Shown: one piece after another, positions 12,075 through 23,038 of the stretch
Position numbering within the stretch: the stretch's first letter is position 1
Layout: each line of letters starts with the position of its first letter
Assembly (NCBI RefSeq): GCF_964204865.1
Contig: NC_135256.1
Span: 7,998,001-8,062,000 of the forward strand
Origin: Styela clava
Taxonomy: Eukaryota
DNA length: 64,000 nt
Direction: 5' to 3'
The notes under the pieces: model-generated
The model's database searches: none
Seen by the model: only the letters and a program-made list of their open reading frames with translations
What the model was told of the DNA's origin: nothing
Position numbers and translations under genes: made by a program

Positions 12075-14790
12075 AAACGAAAGATGTCTGCTAAGACGGC
12101 CCGTTGTTCCTTTAAGATCTAGCTGAGGTATTGGAGTTTTGGTTGTATTTAGGCAGTTAAACATTGTCTATTTGAGTCGTGTTGGGAAACTGATATAATT
12201 TTGGACTGAAAACTTGGAGATAACTAACAACATGGGTGACTCAGCAGCGGTCTCCAGTCAAAACACGCAACAGGGAAAACGACCTCGTTTGGTGGTCGCT
12301 GAGGTAAGCGCCGATCTAGATGTGAAACGGTTTTTGAACATATTATCAAACTCGGAGTCTACAAATAAGTACGTTGAACACTTAACCGCTTTGTATGAAC
12401 AATGTCGTCGGCAATGGTTGTTTTCCTTTCCAGTGGTCGGCAACCTTTTTTAAGTGACGGACCGGTAAAGCCTGACCAAAATTTTGGCGGACCACCTTTG
12501 TGTTGGCAATCTTTTCAAAACAAAGGTGATGATATTTATTGCAAAATCTGCATTTGTTTGCTGGGCATTAATTGTTCCCAATTTTTGAGACACGGTCGAG
12601 AAAGATACACGTTACGTGTTTTTTACGTTCAGCCTTCTTTTTTGTAGTTGTCACTATTGAAAACCCGACCTCACATAAGGCAAAAGGTGACAGCGCCCGC
12701 AAACGTCTGGGTATTCATAGAAAATTATAGACCTTTGCTGTCACTTATGGCTATGAATCCATATTGCAAATACAAAGTATTTTTTCTTCGCGATTGATGT
12801 TCCCGGTATATCTACACTCTGAGTTTTGTTAGATACTTTGAGGCGCAGTCACTCGAAAATTGCTTTATTGATGTTTGTTTAGCCATAACTATTGACGTGG
12901 AACTCGTTTGTAAAGTCAGACATGCTGCTCAGATGCGTTGTTTTTGTCTGGTTTGTAAAGGTGTTATTAGGGTTATGGCCGCTTTCATCAGGCCACCTTT
13001 CTGCGGACCGGTAGTAATCTTTCCGCGGACCGGCGATGGGCCGCGGCCCGGTGGTTGCCGATCCCAGCTTTAGGCAATTACATCCAGAAAATGGAAATAT
13101 TTCGAAACGAGACGACTTCTTGAGGAAGAATACAAACATTTTAACATCCGAAAATGTAAACAATCGTGTTTTTTTTTTCGCCAACAAAGCCGCCAACGCG
13201 AGTTAGTAAAGATATGTGCCTGATGAGCAATTAGTTTGGGACATCCTAATTAATTAAAACCGGCTGTGGTAAATTACGCCACATAAACAAACAATTTTAT
13301 CGGAGGACGTCGCTATACAACGGCTACGTAGCCGCGTGAATTGCGGACTTCGACCGTACAAAATTTCCGCCTTTTTTAACCATCAATGGATAGCGTTGCA
13401 AGACATACTTGTCTTCGGAATTATATAACCCCACCTGCTTTAATTGCCTCGAGCAGGGCCATAGCGCAAGAAATTGCACCGCGGCTAAAAGTGGCGACAA
13501 TGCCAGCAAGAAGGTCATATAAAGGCAAACTGTCTTAAATAATAAAACACACCAGAAGTCCATTGAATCATGGCTAAAAATCACCACAGTCACAAAAGCA
13601 CAAAAATAAAATAAACCAGACAAAATTGAAATATCAACCGTTGTGCCCCAAACCCCACAAAACGTCTCTGTGGACGAAGTTTCATCAAAAAGTAACGATA
13701 CAACAGAAATCATCGACGTCGAAAGCAAAGAAACAAAAGATTGGTCATTAAGTCCCGTAATCAACAAAGACCCGCACTCGAGTCCCCCTCCCATTGCACA
13801 AAGAAATCTTCCTCGACCTCCTCTGCGGCCCCACCGACGGCAAAAAAGAAAATGAACTTTACTAACCTGCACGTCTCCTTAACTCGATCCAAACTTCAAA
13901 AACTCATCCCCACTTGATAAAATTAATATCTTTGAATGTAAATGGAATCATGGCCCATCTGGACAAAATCTCACTCACCATCAAGACTCATGACCCCGAC
14001 ATTATGCTAATTCAGGAAGCTCACAGAATAGATACTGACAAAGTTACCAAATGGGCATCTAAACTAGGATATAGGTTTTATCTGAATGCCCCAGATAAAC
14101 TCAAAACCCATCTTAAACACTTCTTCGCATGCACGGGAATATTGCTATCCAACCAACTTGTGAGCAATACCATCACTTACAATATAATAGTAAGATACCG
14201 GGTCTGCTCATTAGACCTGCAATACCAAGAAAAAAATGTAAAAATTATAAATGTATACGGTTCTCCAACACAAGACATAGCCCAAACAGACTTTTACACA
14301 AATCTGGCTACCAGATTAGCGCCCGACAACCTTGAACCCTGACCTCCTCATACTCGCTGGGGATTTCAATGCAGTGACGGATAAAACAGATAAACTACAA
14401 ATTACCTATTTTAAACTGACTGAAGGTGAGAAAATACTATATAAATACATCCAGGATAACAACCTTTTCGATCCATATCTTAACCATTGTCCAAAAAAAC
14501 CATTTTTCCTATTAAAAGGAAGAACCAATTTAGACGCATAGACAGAAGAATATCCATTTTCAAAATGGCCAAATCACAAATCAGATCATTCTCCTATCAC
14601 CCCAATTTAGTATCAGATCACATACATTTCGCCGCCATCGAATTAACCCAATATAAAAGAGTCAAATGGGGAAGGGGCAACTGGAGAAACAGCACAGCCC
14701 ATTACGAGGATCCTGATTTTCTCCAGATGATCATAAACCGATATAAAACCCTTCTCAGAGATCTCGAACGCGCCAACAATATTTTAGTAA
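12075..14790 (+). mobile_element. Tx1-like element, family B: 5' leader, ORF1 (ATG 12232, interrupted by a MITE) and ORF2 endonuclease, 3'-truncated
   Basis: ORF1 start MGDSAAVS..RPRLVVAEVS shared with 42475 and 46917; zinc knuckle CFNCLEQGHSARNC near 13436; ORF2 IKLISLNVNG..IQEAH..INVYG..LAGDFN..SDH. Confidence 0.88.
12431..13067. mobile_element. hAT-type MITE inserted in Tx1 ORF1
   Basis: Imperfect TIRs cagtggtcggcaacc / ggttgccgatcccag with GC-rich subterminal palindromes; ORF1 reads on across the insertion; TSD degraded. Confidence 0.7.
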
Positions 14791-14869
14791 TATACCGAAG
14801 GTATTTGTGCATTGATTATTTATATATATATAAATAATAATCCCTATTCTTGCTTTCTCGTACGTGGCG

Positions 14870-14969
14870 TCGTGTAAATTCCAATTATTCGATTGAATTC
14901 AGTTACACGAGAGTACCGTTGAACAAAAAATGGCTATGAACCAAGCAGACCGAACGAAAGAGCACCTGA
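14870..14969 (+). pseudogene. H3: Histone H3 gene 5' fragment (Inr-like site, 5' UTR, codons 1-13) truncated at a Tx1 5' junction
   Basis: 14930 ATG GCT A(t)GA ACC AAG CAG ACC GAA CGA AAG AGC ACC TGA equals MARTKQTARKSTG with a 1-nt insertion and 2 substitutions; preceded by aaaaa, TCAGTT at 14899 and a possible decayed TATA (tgtaaat) near 14873. Confidence 0.85.
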
Positions 14970-15192
14970 TCGGTCGTTTTCAACAGCTATCACGCCACCT
15001 CGCGGGCATAATACCATGGAAGAAGCTATAAAAAAAACGACAAACCGATCCTACTCATCAGTCACGAATGAGAACCTAGAGAACACCCCCGATAGAAGCT
15101 GCGATATTAGCTTCAAATTTAAAGGAGTATTATCCAAAGAAGAATTAGAGAAATTTATTTCGAATATAAACGTCACTAAAAACGATCTAGAC

Positions 15193-16434
15193 CAGAGTTT
15201 CAAGAACTTTTTCTATCAGCGCCCCCTTAGACGACTTTTTAACTAGCAAACGCCCTCTGACAAGAAAAGTCAAAGCTACTTTATTCTCCATTTATCATTA
15301 GTACCAAGAATGAGCTGACAAAAGCAATAAAAAAACTTTTGACCCGATCTCACACATGAGGATATTTCAATTTGACTCTGTTCCCCAAAAAATAGAACAC
15401 TAAAAAATTAAACATGGGTTTGAATGTATAAACCCAGTGGTAGTGGTGCATTTTTCGCTTCTGGAAATTCAGGGTTATCTAGGAAACGGAAACCAAAAAT
15501 TTCTTAGCTATCTCCAAAATGATTTGATTTTATTTGCGCTTGAACTTCTGTTTGCGTATGATTATACTCAGAAGTTTCGCAAAATTTTCAACCACTCACT
15601 TACTTTTCTGCTGGAGCGCATCTTCTGCTGTCAGGACATGGCAATTAAAGAGTTCAAACGGTGAATACAGAACATTACGTGGTTGTGCCGAGAAAAATCT
15701 GGACATAACTTGAGGGATTGATAGAGGTGACCTGCAGTGGTTCCGGCATGACCCTCCATACATCAAATAAGACGCTTGCTTTCCAGAGAGAAAAGTCAGC
15801 AATGACATCCAGTGGGCACCTTAATTATTGGACTGGAACCTCTCAGATTCTCTGATATGTAGGGTATTCGAAAGAAAATCCTCAAACGATTGGTAAACTC
15901 AAGGCTGCAGAAATAAAATAGAGAAATACCCAAAAAAGAGTGATTTACAATGTTGCAAAAAAAATGCAATTTTTTCTTCAATGACGTGGAGAGCATTTGG
16001 AACATATTCTAGGAACAACATAATTTTTGTGCAAAACGTCCTAGATTTTCTGACACTTTTGGGTACGAACAGAAGTTCAAGTGTAGACAAAATTAAATAG
16101 TTCACCCCATTTCGTAGATTTAATCGAGAAATTGATGGTTCAGTTTTTGGGGATCACGCTGTATAATACTGTTTTTAATATAAATCAGTTAAATATGCTG
16201 CTAAAGCGAGAAATTTCCAACACCGAAATCACAAGCAAACTAGTTTGAACCAAAACATGTGAGTAAATGGCATAAAATATCACATTTCTTGCGATCTCCC
16301 GTTTTGATGTCAGCGCCCCCCAATCGCCCAGTTTGACAGAAAGCGCCCCCCAATTGCCCAAATCGCCATCAGCGCCCCCCAAGTTATTGCAAACGCCCAC
16401 AAAGGGGCGTTTTCGCCCACTTTGGGAACCGCTG
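15193..16434. mobile_element. hAT-type MITE with 8-bp TSD
   Basis: TSD atctagac at 15185-15192 and 16435-16442; imperfect TIRs cagagtttcaagaa / tttgggaaccgctg; subterminal agcgcccccc repeats at 16311-16382. Confidence 0.85.
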
Positions 16435-17149
16435 ATCTAGACGGATATGTATCCTATCCAGATAGAGCAGTGAACTTAAGTCTGGTAAACCGTCTGAGGT
16501 TTTACAACTAGACAGACACATATGGGATTTAAAAAGAAAAGGCATGCGGCTCCCGGTACACTGGCTTTACATGACCGACAATATCCTGGTATACGTGAAT
16601 TACACACCGATAAAAATAAAGAATGAAGTGATACAAGACTACTTCATGAGAAATCATGGCGCGGTAACGTCTATAAATTATGTACTAGATGATGTCATCA
16701 AGACGGGCACGAGACGACTTATAATAGACAGGGAAGACCTGATCAAACGACCAATTAAAAGCTACATTAGAATCCAGAAATGTACAATATATACCAAACA
16801 CCCAGGCATAACTCTTGTGTTTTAATTGTGGAGATACAGGACATCAAAAAGCAGCGTGCCCGCATAGAAAACCATCTGTAGCTAGTTACAACGCCCAACG
16901 AAACCGAACCTGAAATAATCAACGTACCTACGCCCGACAACAAACAGAAATCGCCAAATAAAGAAACTAGACAGCGATCGGAGACCGCCGACTTATCGAT
17001 CTTTCGCATGTTCAATATGTTACTCGACAATTTTGACGGAATACGATTTCAAATGTGGTATTCTCCCAAATTGCAATCTATCCGTTGGCCACATTCTGAA
17101 TAATTTCTCCTGCAGAAACACACAGCAGTATTTCGCCGAAAATATTAAA

Positions 17150-20100
17150 CTATGTGGTTAGGTAATTGGTTGTTATAAACACTGTGTCATGATCCGAATA
17201 ATACGTGTCCACAATATCAACAACAATGCTGTCATCCGTACAATTTCTATTAAAATACATGTGATCAAGCAAAGACCCATAATCTGTGGTCGCGCGATTG
17301 GTGGGAATATATTGTCGGAAACCAAGCTCATTCATTTTTTCCATGATAGAAGATGATCGATTATGGAAAATATTATCATTAAAATCTCCCAAGATGAATG
17401 TTGGAGCTCCTTGTGGTATGAAGGTCATTAATTCAGACAATATGTTAAGAAATTCCAACTGCGGAAAACTCGGTGGTCTGTAAATTAACAACAAAGTGAA
17501 TTCTTTATTCGTGGAAGTTTTCAGTCGAATCATTTTATGCTCAAGCACATTCGAAGATGTTTTTATTTCAACTGGGTTCAGCTTTCGCGAAGCACAGACT
17601 AATAATCCGTGCTTTCCACCATGATTTTGTTCACTGGGTACGTGTTCTCTAAAGGAAACGTAGTCAAATTTGTTAGTGAATTTGTCTATGTTGTGGCGTT
17701 CCGTCAAATATGTTTCTGTGAAACAGCAAATATCAGCATGACGAAAAATTTCACCCTCTGTATAAGAAACTATATCGTACATCTTCTTTAAAAAGTACCT
17801 TATGTTTAAATGACCTATCGTTAACCAATTTGATTTATTTAAATCTGTCAATGTGGGTGGACGTTGGTGTGCTATGGGCATTGTACGCATGTTATTCATC
17901 ACTTCAGAACACTCAGAACTATATCGGATAGTACAGGGATCAAAATCAGACAGATTCAAATTTTCCAACTTTCTAACCCGGGACAAAGCGACATAAACTT
18001 GCCCACAGCCAAATTTCTTTACCTTTGTGTTGACGACAATCTTATTTAAAGTAATACCTTGACATTTGTGAATTGTGACGGCCCAACCAAGCGTCAACGG
18101 AAACTGGTATCGGGAAACTTGTGCTCCTTTGCCATATGCCTTTTCGAATTTGGCTTCCCTGCGTGTTATCGGCACGAGGCGGGGGTGTTGCCTTTTCCAT
18201 CTACTCTTAGCCATAGCTTTTCGTCCAACATTATCGTTGTCAAACTTAATCAAAATGCTGATTACAAATTCTTTGTCATTTTTTGCAATATATTGAACGG
18301 TACCCATTACTCCGTTCACCAAACCGTCACTCGTGTCTATATTATAAAGCAACATGACCCTACACCCAACAGCAATTTCCAAGACGGTGTGCAAACCGCC
18401 GGTTTTGCATCTTTTTAACTTTAAACCAGATGCACGCAAACTAATTAGAGACAACCCCTCCCTTTTGTCATCTATGGCCGGTATCACAATTTTTTCGGGC
18501 CCACTTTGAATCAACTTATTCAGTTTGAATAAATTCCAGTTATCTACGTCGTTGTTGTAAGCAAAAACGTGCAATGCCTCCTCTGGATAGTTGAGATCGA
18601 AAAGATGAATCTCCCTTGTGCGCAGTGTATCTATGTCGGCTCGTGTTTGATTTCCCAATCGAATCCGACATAACAATTCTGCAAAATTTCTATCGTTTTT
18701 TTGGCGCATAATTTCATCTAATTCGTGCAAGTGGAAATAATCATTCCAAAGAGACCGACCCAGGCGCATAGTTTCATCAGAAACAGGACAAAATATTGGA
18801 GGCTGACAGACTGGAGGCAATTGGAACAAATCACCGACTGCTAAAACAGAAACGTTTCCAAATGGAGCCGCATTTCCCTTGATCACTTGCAGGCGTTTGT
18901 GAATGTTTAAAAGCATGTCTGAACTTACCATGGAGATTTCATCGATAATTAATACACGTAATCTGCCGAGATGAGATCGCAAAGTATTCAGTTTTTCGAA
19001 GGATATGCCGTCGTGTCCACTGCTAGCTTTCCTATTTGTTAACAGTAGTGCAGAATGTATAGTTATACCATCTATGTTGAATGCAGCAACGCCTGTTGGA
19101 GCACAAAGGAGGCAAGTTACATCATTCGGATCGACAGTTCTTGAAAGAGCGAAATATCTTCTTGTATCGTGCTGAATCAATTTTATCACATGTGATTTCC
19201 CTACTCCACCAGGACCACTTAAGAAAATTCTATATGGTTCAACAGAACCGTTTTGTTTAATTGCAATAACGGCATCCTTGCACCACTTCCTGTGATGGAA
19301 TACTATAGCCCTTTGCTTCTCATTCAAGCAGCGTATCATATTACAATATTCAGATGTAGATAATACATTTCTGTTCTTTTCGATTTCGTATCTCGCACCT
19401 ATGTCACTTTTGGGAACGGCAACACGTTTGACACTCTCAATGATCGCTGAGTTGGCAGCAAGATCCTCTCTTATCATGGTGGTGTAAGGTGTATCACCTT
19501 CCGATTTATCTTGTTGATTTGAAAGGTCACTTTCCATGCCAAGATCGCCCCACAAATGAAGAGGAGGACCGCTCACTGAATTTTTGTGAACAGCTGAATC
19601 AACTAACTCCACATTGTTGCAATACCGTGATTCCACAGCAGACAATTTGTCTTGTATTTCCAAATAATAAGATGAATATGTTGGATGGTCCGCCAACAGG
19701 TCGCGCTCCTCTGAACGCCACGGGAGGTATAACATCAATTTGGCACGGCAAAAATTGTTGAAATCAGTTTCCTTGTTATGTTTTCGAAAACGAATTATAC
19801 ATTCTCTTCTTCTTTTACTCATTTTCCCAAGGCCGCGTCTCAGTACAATATGCTGGGGTAAATCATAATGAAGATCCTTATTCCCGTGATCGTCGTGCAA
19901 CAAATCTTTTACGCTGTCATCGACGTGTTTGTCATTTTTTCGATAACTCACTGCATAATTTGCAACGAAAGTTGCTAAACACACATTGTCCAAGCTACTC
20001 GGCCTCGCCGAGTATTGGTCAAGTATATTTTTTTGAAATATGTCACTATCTTCGTCTTCCAGTTTCTCCAGTTCTTTTTTTGATTTTAAGATACACTGTC

Positions 20101-23038
20101 GTTCTGCAACAGGATCAGTGTTTATGTAAATAACAGATCTACTCATTTTTTTCATTGGAATGGATAAGATACGATAACATGCTTCCTGTGCACTTAGTTC
20201 TCGATTATTTAAAAAGACAGAGCTTATTCGCCTAAGCATATTTTTTATATCAAAATCCTTATATTCTTTGCATGCATGTTTTAATAGCAACCCCATTCCC
20301 TGTCCACTTTTCATCATATACGATGCGACATACGTGACACATGCATAAGGATCAACAACATACTGGATATCCATATTGGCTTGCCATGCCTTTAATATCA
20401 CGGGGTTATATGCGTTGATGAAGCACTTCGCCGGCTTTCTGGCTAGGATAACAGTGTTGCCTTTTTGTGACATACAAAGTGCCTGCCGATATTGTTGATT
20501 ATCAATATCAATATTTTGTAGTAAATCGTCCATACTTACATCCGAACTGGTGTCTCGGTACGACGACGATAGCGTATCACGGACTTTTTTTAAAACAATT
20601 TTAGACTGGGCCATTAATTCACTCTCATCCTCCTCGACTTCTTTTGCAATTATTACTTTTTCACTCGGTGGTTTTGGGTAATTAAATCTACATCCACCAC
20701 TTTTCCTGCAATAGGAAGAATGACTGTGTGTCTGTAAATCCTGAACGAGGGCTTTCAATGGGAGGTCGTCAACAGGAAATGAACAAGCAACGTGCTTGCT
20801 AATGAACGCGCACACCTCTTCATCAGTTTGAATGCCCAACTTTGGGGCCTTGTCAACCCAAAGCAACATATGGGCATGAGGGGAACCTGTGGCTTGAAAT
20901 TCTATCCGAATCCCATAATCAGTAATATGACCCAATGGCTGTGCCGGGGACAATAGTACATCTTTGTACAAGCATTCTAAACGATAGTGAAAGTGTCTAA
21001 CTGCGGTAACTGGGTTGGACCTTAACCACATAGACCTCTGCTCAAAGGAAAGCTTAGCTACGTCATCATCCGTTAAAATGGACCCGTACTGTCTAGCAAT
21101 GGATGAAATTAAGTCTGGCCATCGCATGTCTGCGGCACTTAGTGTGAAGAAAAATGTAGGAATTCCAATCTGACGAATCATATCCAGTACATCATAAAAT
21201 ACGCCTTGGAAATAAGCGGGCGAACCTCGAATATTCTGCAGTATTCTGAAAGCTTTATCAGTTTTAATCATGTTATTTATACTATCCGAATTTCGAATAA
21301 ATCCAGCAGTTATCTCGTTATTTCCGCATTCGTGATTTACTCGACGAAACACGAAGTGGTTGACGTCACCCTGTATCTGTTTGCTTTCAATTGCATACTG
21401 GGCGGATAATAAGTATTCAATATTTCGTGCGAATCTTCCGTCAGCATCTAAAAGTCTTTGATTGAAATACTTACGCGGAGTGATTGGAACAACACGATCA
21501 GTACTGAAACCATTATTTCCATCCGGATATAATGATGGATATGCTAGTTGTTCGAATTTATCATCGGCCAATAATGGAATCGGTTTTTCATCTTCAGCGG
21601 GAGCCATACTGATAATTTTATTACTGATGTCATCATTGACAACCGTTGATTCATACTGTAAACCTCGGACACTTGTTGATTGTTTTAAATCAATCTCATC
21701 CCCTTTATTTTCAATTACTGCGCTGCTTATTTCGGGGGAATTACTTTTTGTAACCTTACATCTTTGAATTTTGTGACTGATATCCATAAGTTCCATTTTT
21801 GAATAACTGTCTGTGTTCGAATCTGAATATTGTGATTCAGGTTTAAATACAACGTAGTGCTGTTGTCCAATTAAACCTAAATGAAATTCATTTTTATATG
21901 AATATCTGGATCGCACAACAATATCATCTCCGTTAGTTTTGTGCACAACAATTTTCAGTGCGAACATATTGGTGATGGCTTGCAATGCTATATGCTCGCC
22001 CCACTGTGAACCATTTTCCAACTTATTTAAGTAATTTTGCCACATTAGATTATGACGAGACACCGGATTATTAACTTGGGAAATGTGGTAATCGTAATCT
22101 GACGGATGCTCCATGTCAGAGCAATAAAGTTCTTCATATCCGACATTGGAACATACAAAATCTCTATAAGCATCTGCGTGTTCAAGCATATATTTGGATA
22201 GTTCACGTCGTATTTCGACTGGGGTTTGCAGCGATATGCCAAGACGTACTAAGTGATGGCAGACGGCGTTAAACATACAATTTCCATCTGATGGAACGTT
22301 TATCATTTTCATTCCCTGCGTTTGCGAAGTGTTCCATAAATTGCGACTCGAAACGCTACCCGTACATGTCGGCGAATACGAAACATTTGTGGATGATGAG
22401 TTTGTTGAACTACGCTTTTTCTCGCTATCAGAGGAATGGCGAGAAGCACACGTTGTTTGAATATCTGGTGCTACGGGAATGTTTTTGACCGATTCATTAG
22501 AATTTAACTGCATGTCATCGTTGTCGTCGATAAACATAGCATTCCACAATTCCTCGTCATTTTTTGAAGCATGTTCAATATAATTGTCGTTGATAATGAT
22601 ATCTTTATACAAGAAATTGTTAATTTTCAACCATTTCAGTGCACATATGACTTTATCAATTCGCACATAATCATACATGTAATGCGATGTGTAGGACAAT
22701 TTACGTTTTAACTTCAATGGAATCAACTGACATTCAGAGGGCAACCGAGAAAATTGATCACATACGACGTGTAACTTAGAGGGAACATTGACTGCTGGAC
22801 CGTGAATTCCTCGTTGCTTGCCACAAGGAAGTCCAAGAATTTTCATAAAAGGGATTCGCTGTGAAATCAAACGAAGTTCTAGCACATTCAGATCTTTTAA
22901 AGCAGCTGGTTGGTCCGCTATCGTCATATTATTCGCTTTAGATTGGCAAGGTATTTTTCCATTCTTTAACGATATGTGACATGTTCTGCAAATGTACACG
23001 TTTCCATCTGGTGACTTAATTTCGATGATAGAACACAT
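17150..23038 (-). CDS. Helentron Rep/Hel transposase: DUF6570-like region, OTU cysteine protease, HUH Rep, PIF1 helicase, C-terminal APE endonuclease (1962 aa)
   Basis: OTU VPSDGNCMF..WGEH..HY; Rep PTFFFTLS, EFQATGSPHAH, YVASYMMK; helicase GPGGVGKS, IIDEISM, GDLFQLPPV, TIHKCQGITL, YVALSR; APE HLNIR, FTETYL, YRPPS, GDFND, LDH, SDHD. Confidence 0.96.
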   Translation of the reverse strand: MCSIIEIKSPDGNVYICRTCHISLKNGKIPCQSKANNMTIADQPAALKDLNVLELRLISQRIPFMKILGLPCGKQRGIHGPAVNVPSKLHVVCDQFSRLPSECQLIPLKLKRKLSYTSHYMYDYVRIDKVICALKWLKINNFLYKDIIINDNYIEHASKNDEELWNAMFIDDNDDMQLNSNESVKNIPVAPDIQTTCASRHSSDSEKKRSSTNSSSTNVSYSPTCTGSVSSRNLWNTSQTQGMKMINVPSDGNCMFNAVCHHLVRLGISLQTPVEIRRELSKYMLEHADAYRDFVCSNVGYEELYCSDMEHPSDYDYHISQVNNPVSRHNLMWQNYLNKLENGSQWGEHIALQAITNMFALKIVVHKTNGDDIVVRSRYSYKNEFHLGLIGQQHYVVFKPESQYSDSNTDSYSKMELMDISHKIQRCKVTKSNSPEISSAVIENKGDEIDLKQSTSVRGLQYESTVVNDDISNKIISMAPAEDEKPIPLLADDKFEQLAYPSLYPDGNNGFSTDRVVPITPRKYFNQRLLDADGRFARNIEYLLSAQYAIESKQIQGDVNHFVFRRVNHECGNNEITAGFIRNSDSINNMIKTDKAFRILQNIRGSPAYFQGVFYDVLDMIRQIGIPTFFFTLSAADMRWPDLISSIARQYGSILTDDDVAKLSFEQRSMWLRSNPVTAVRHFHYRLECLYKDVLLSPAQPLGHITDYGIRIEFQATGSPHAHMLLWVDKAPKLGIQTDEEVCAFISKHVACSFPVDDLPLKALVQDLQTHSHSSYCRKSGGCRFNYPKPPSEKVIIAKEVEEDESELMAQSKIVLKKVRDTLSSSYRDTSSDVSMDDLLQNIDIDNQQYRQALCMSQKGNTVILARKPAKCFINAYNPVILKAWQANMDIQYVVDPYACVTYVASYMMKSGQGMGLLLKHACKEYKDFDIKNMLRRISSVFLNNRELSAQEACYRILSIPMKKMSRSVIYINTDPVAERQCILKSKKELEKLEDEDSDIFQKNILDQYSARPSSLDNVCLATFVANYAVSYRKNDKHVDDSVKDLLHDDHGNKDLHYDLPQHIVLRRGLGKMSKRRRECIIRFRKHNKETDFNNFCRAKLMLYLPWRSEERDLLADHPTYSSYYLEIQDKLSAVESRYCNNVELVDSAVHKNSVSGPPLHLWGDLGMESDLSNQQDKSEGDTPYTTMIREDLAANSAIIESVKRVAVPKSDIGARYEIEKNRNVLSTSEYCNMIRCLNEKQRAIVFHHRKWCKDAVIAIKQNGSVEPYRIFLSGPGGVGKSHVIKLIQHDTRRYFALSRTVDPNDVTCLLCAPTGVAAFNIDGITIHSALLLTNRKASSGHDGISFEKLNTLRSHLGRLRVLIIDEISMVSSDMLLNIHKRLQVIKGNAAPFGNVSVLAVGDLFQLPPVCQPPIFCPVSDETMRLGRSLWNDYFHLHELDEIMRQKNDRNFAELLCRIRLGNQTRADIDTLRTREIHLFDLNYPEEALHVFAYNNDVDNWNLFKLNKLIQSGPEKIVIPAIDDKREGLSLISLRASGLKLKRCKTGGLHTVLEIAVGCRVMLLYNIDTSDGLVNGVMGTVQYIAKNDKEFVISILIKFDNDNVGRKAMAKSRWKRQHPRLVPITRREAKFEKAYGKGAQVSRYQFPLTLGWAVTIHKCQGITLNKIVVNTKVKKFGCGQVYVALSRVRKLENLNLSDFDPCTIRYSSECSEVMNNMRTMPIAHQRPPTLTDLNKSNWLTIGHLNIRYFLKKMYDIVSYTEGEIFRHADICCFTETYLTERHNIDKFTNKFDYVSFREHVPSEQNHGGKHGLLVCASRKLNPVEIKTSSNVLEHKMIRLKTSTNKEFTLLLIYRPPSFPQLEFLNILSELMTFIPQGAPTFILGDFNDNIFHNRSSSIMEKMNELGFRQYIPTNRATTDYGSLLDHMYFNRNCTDDSIVVDIVDTYYSDHDTVFITTNYLTT

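Noticed and set aside
13324-13872. Antisense ORFs over Tx1 and the Helentron repeats (e.g. 182 aa here, 163 aa at 10475, 172 aa at 23216)
   Set aside because: Shadow ORFs from compositional skew or 69-bp periodicity; not conserved between copies.
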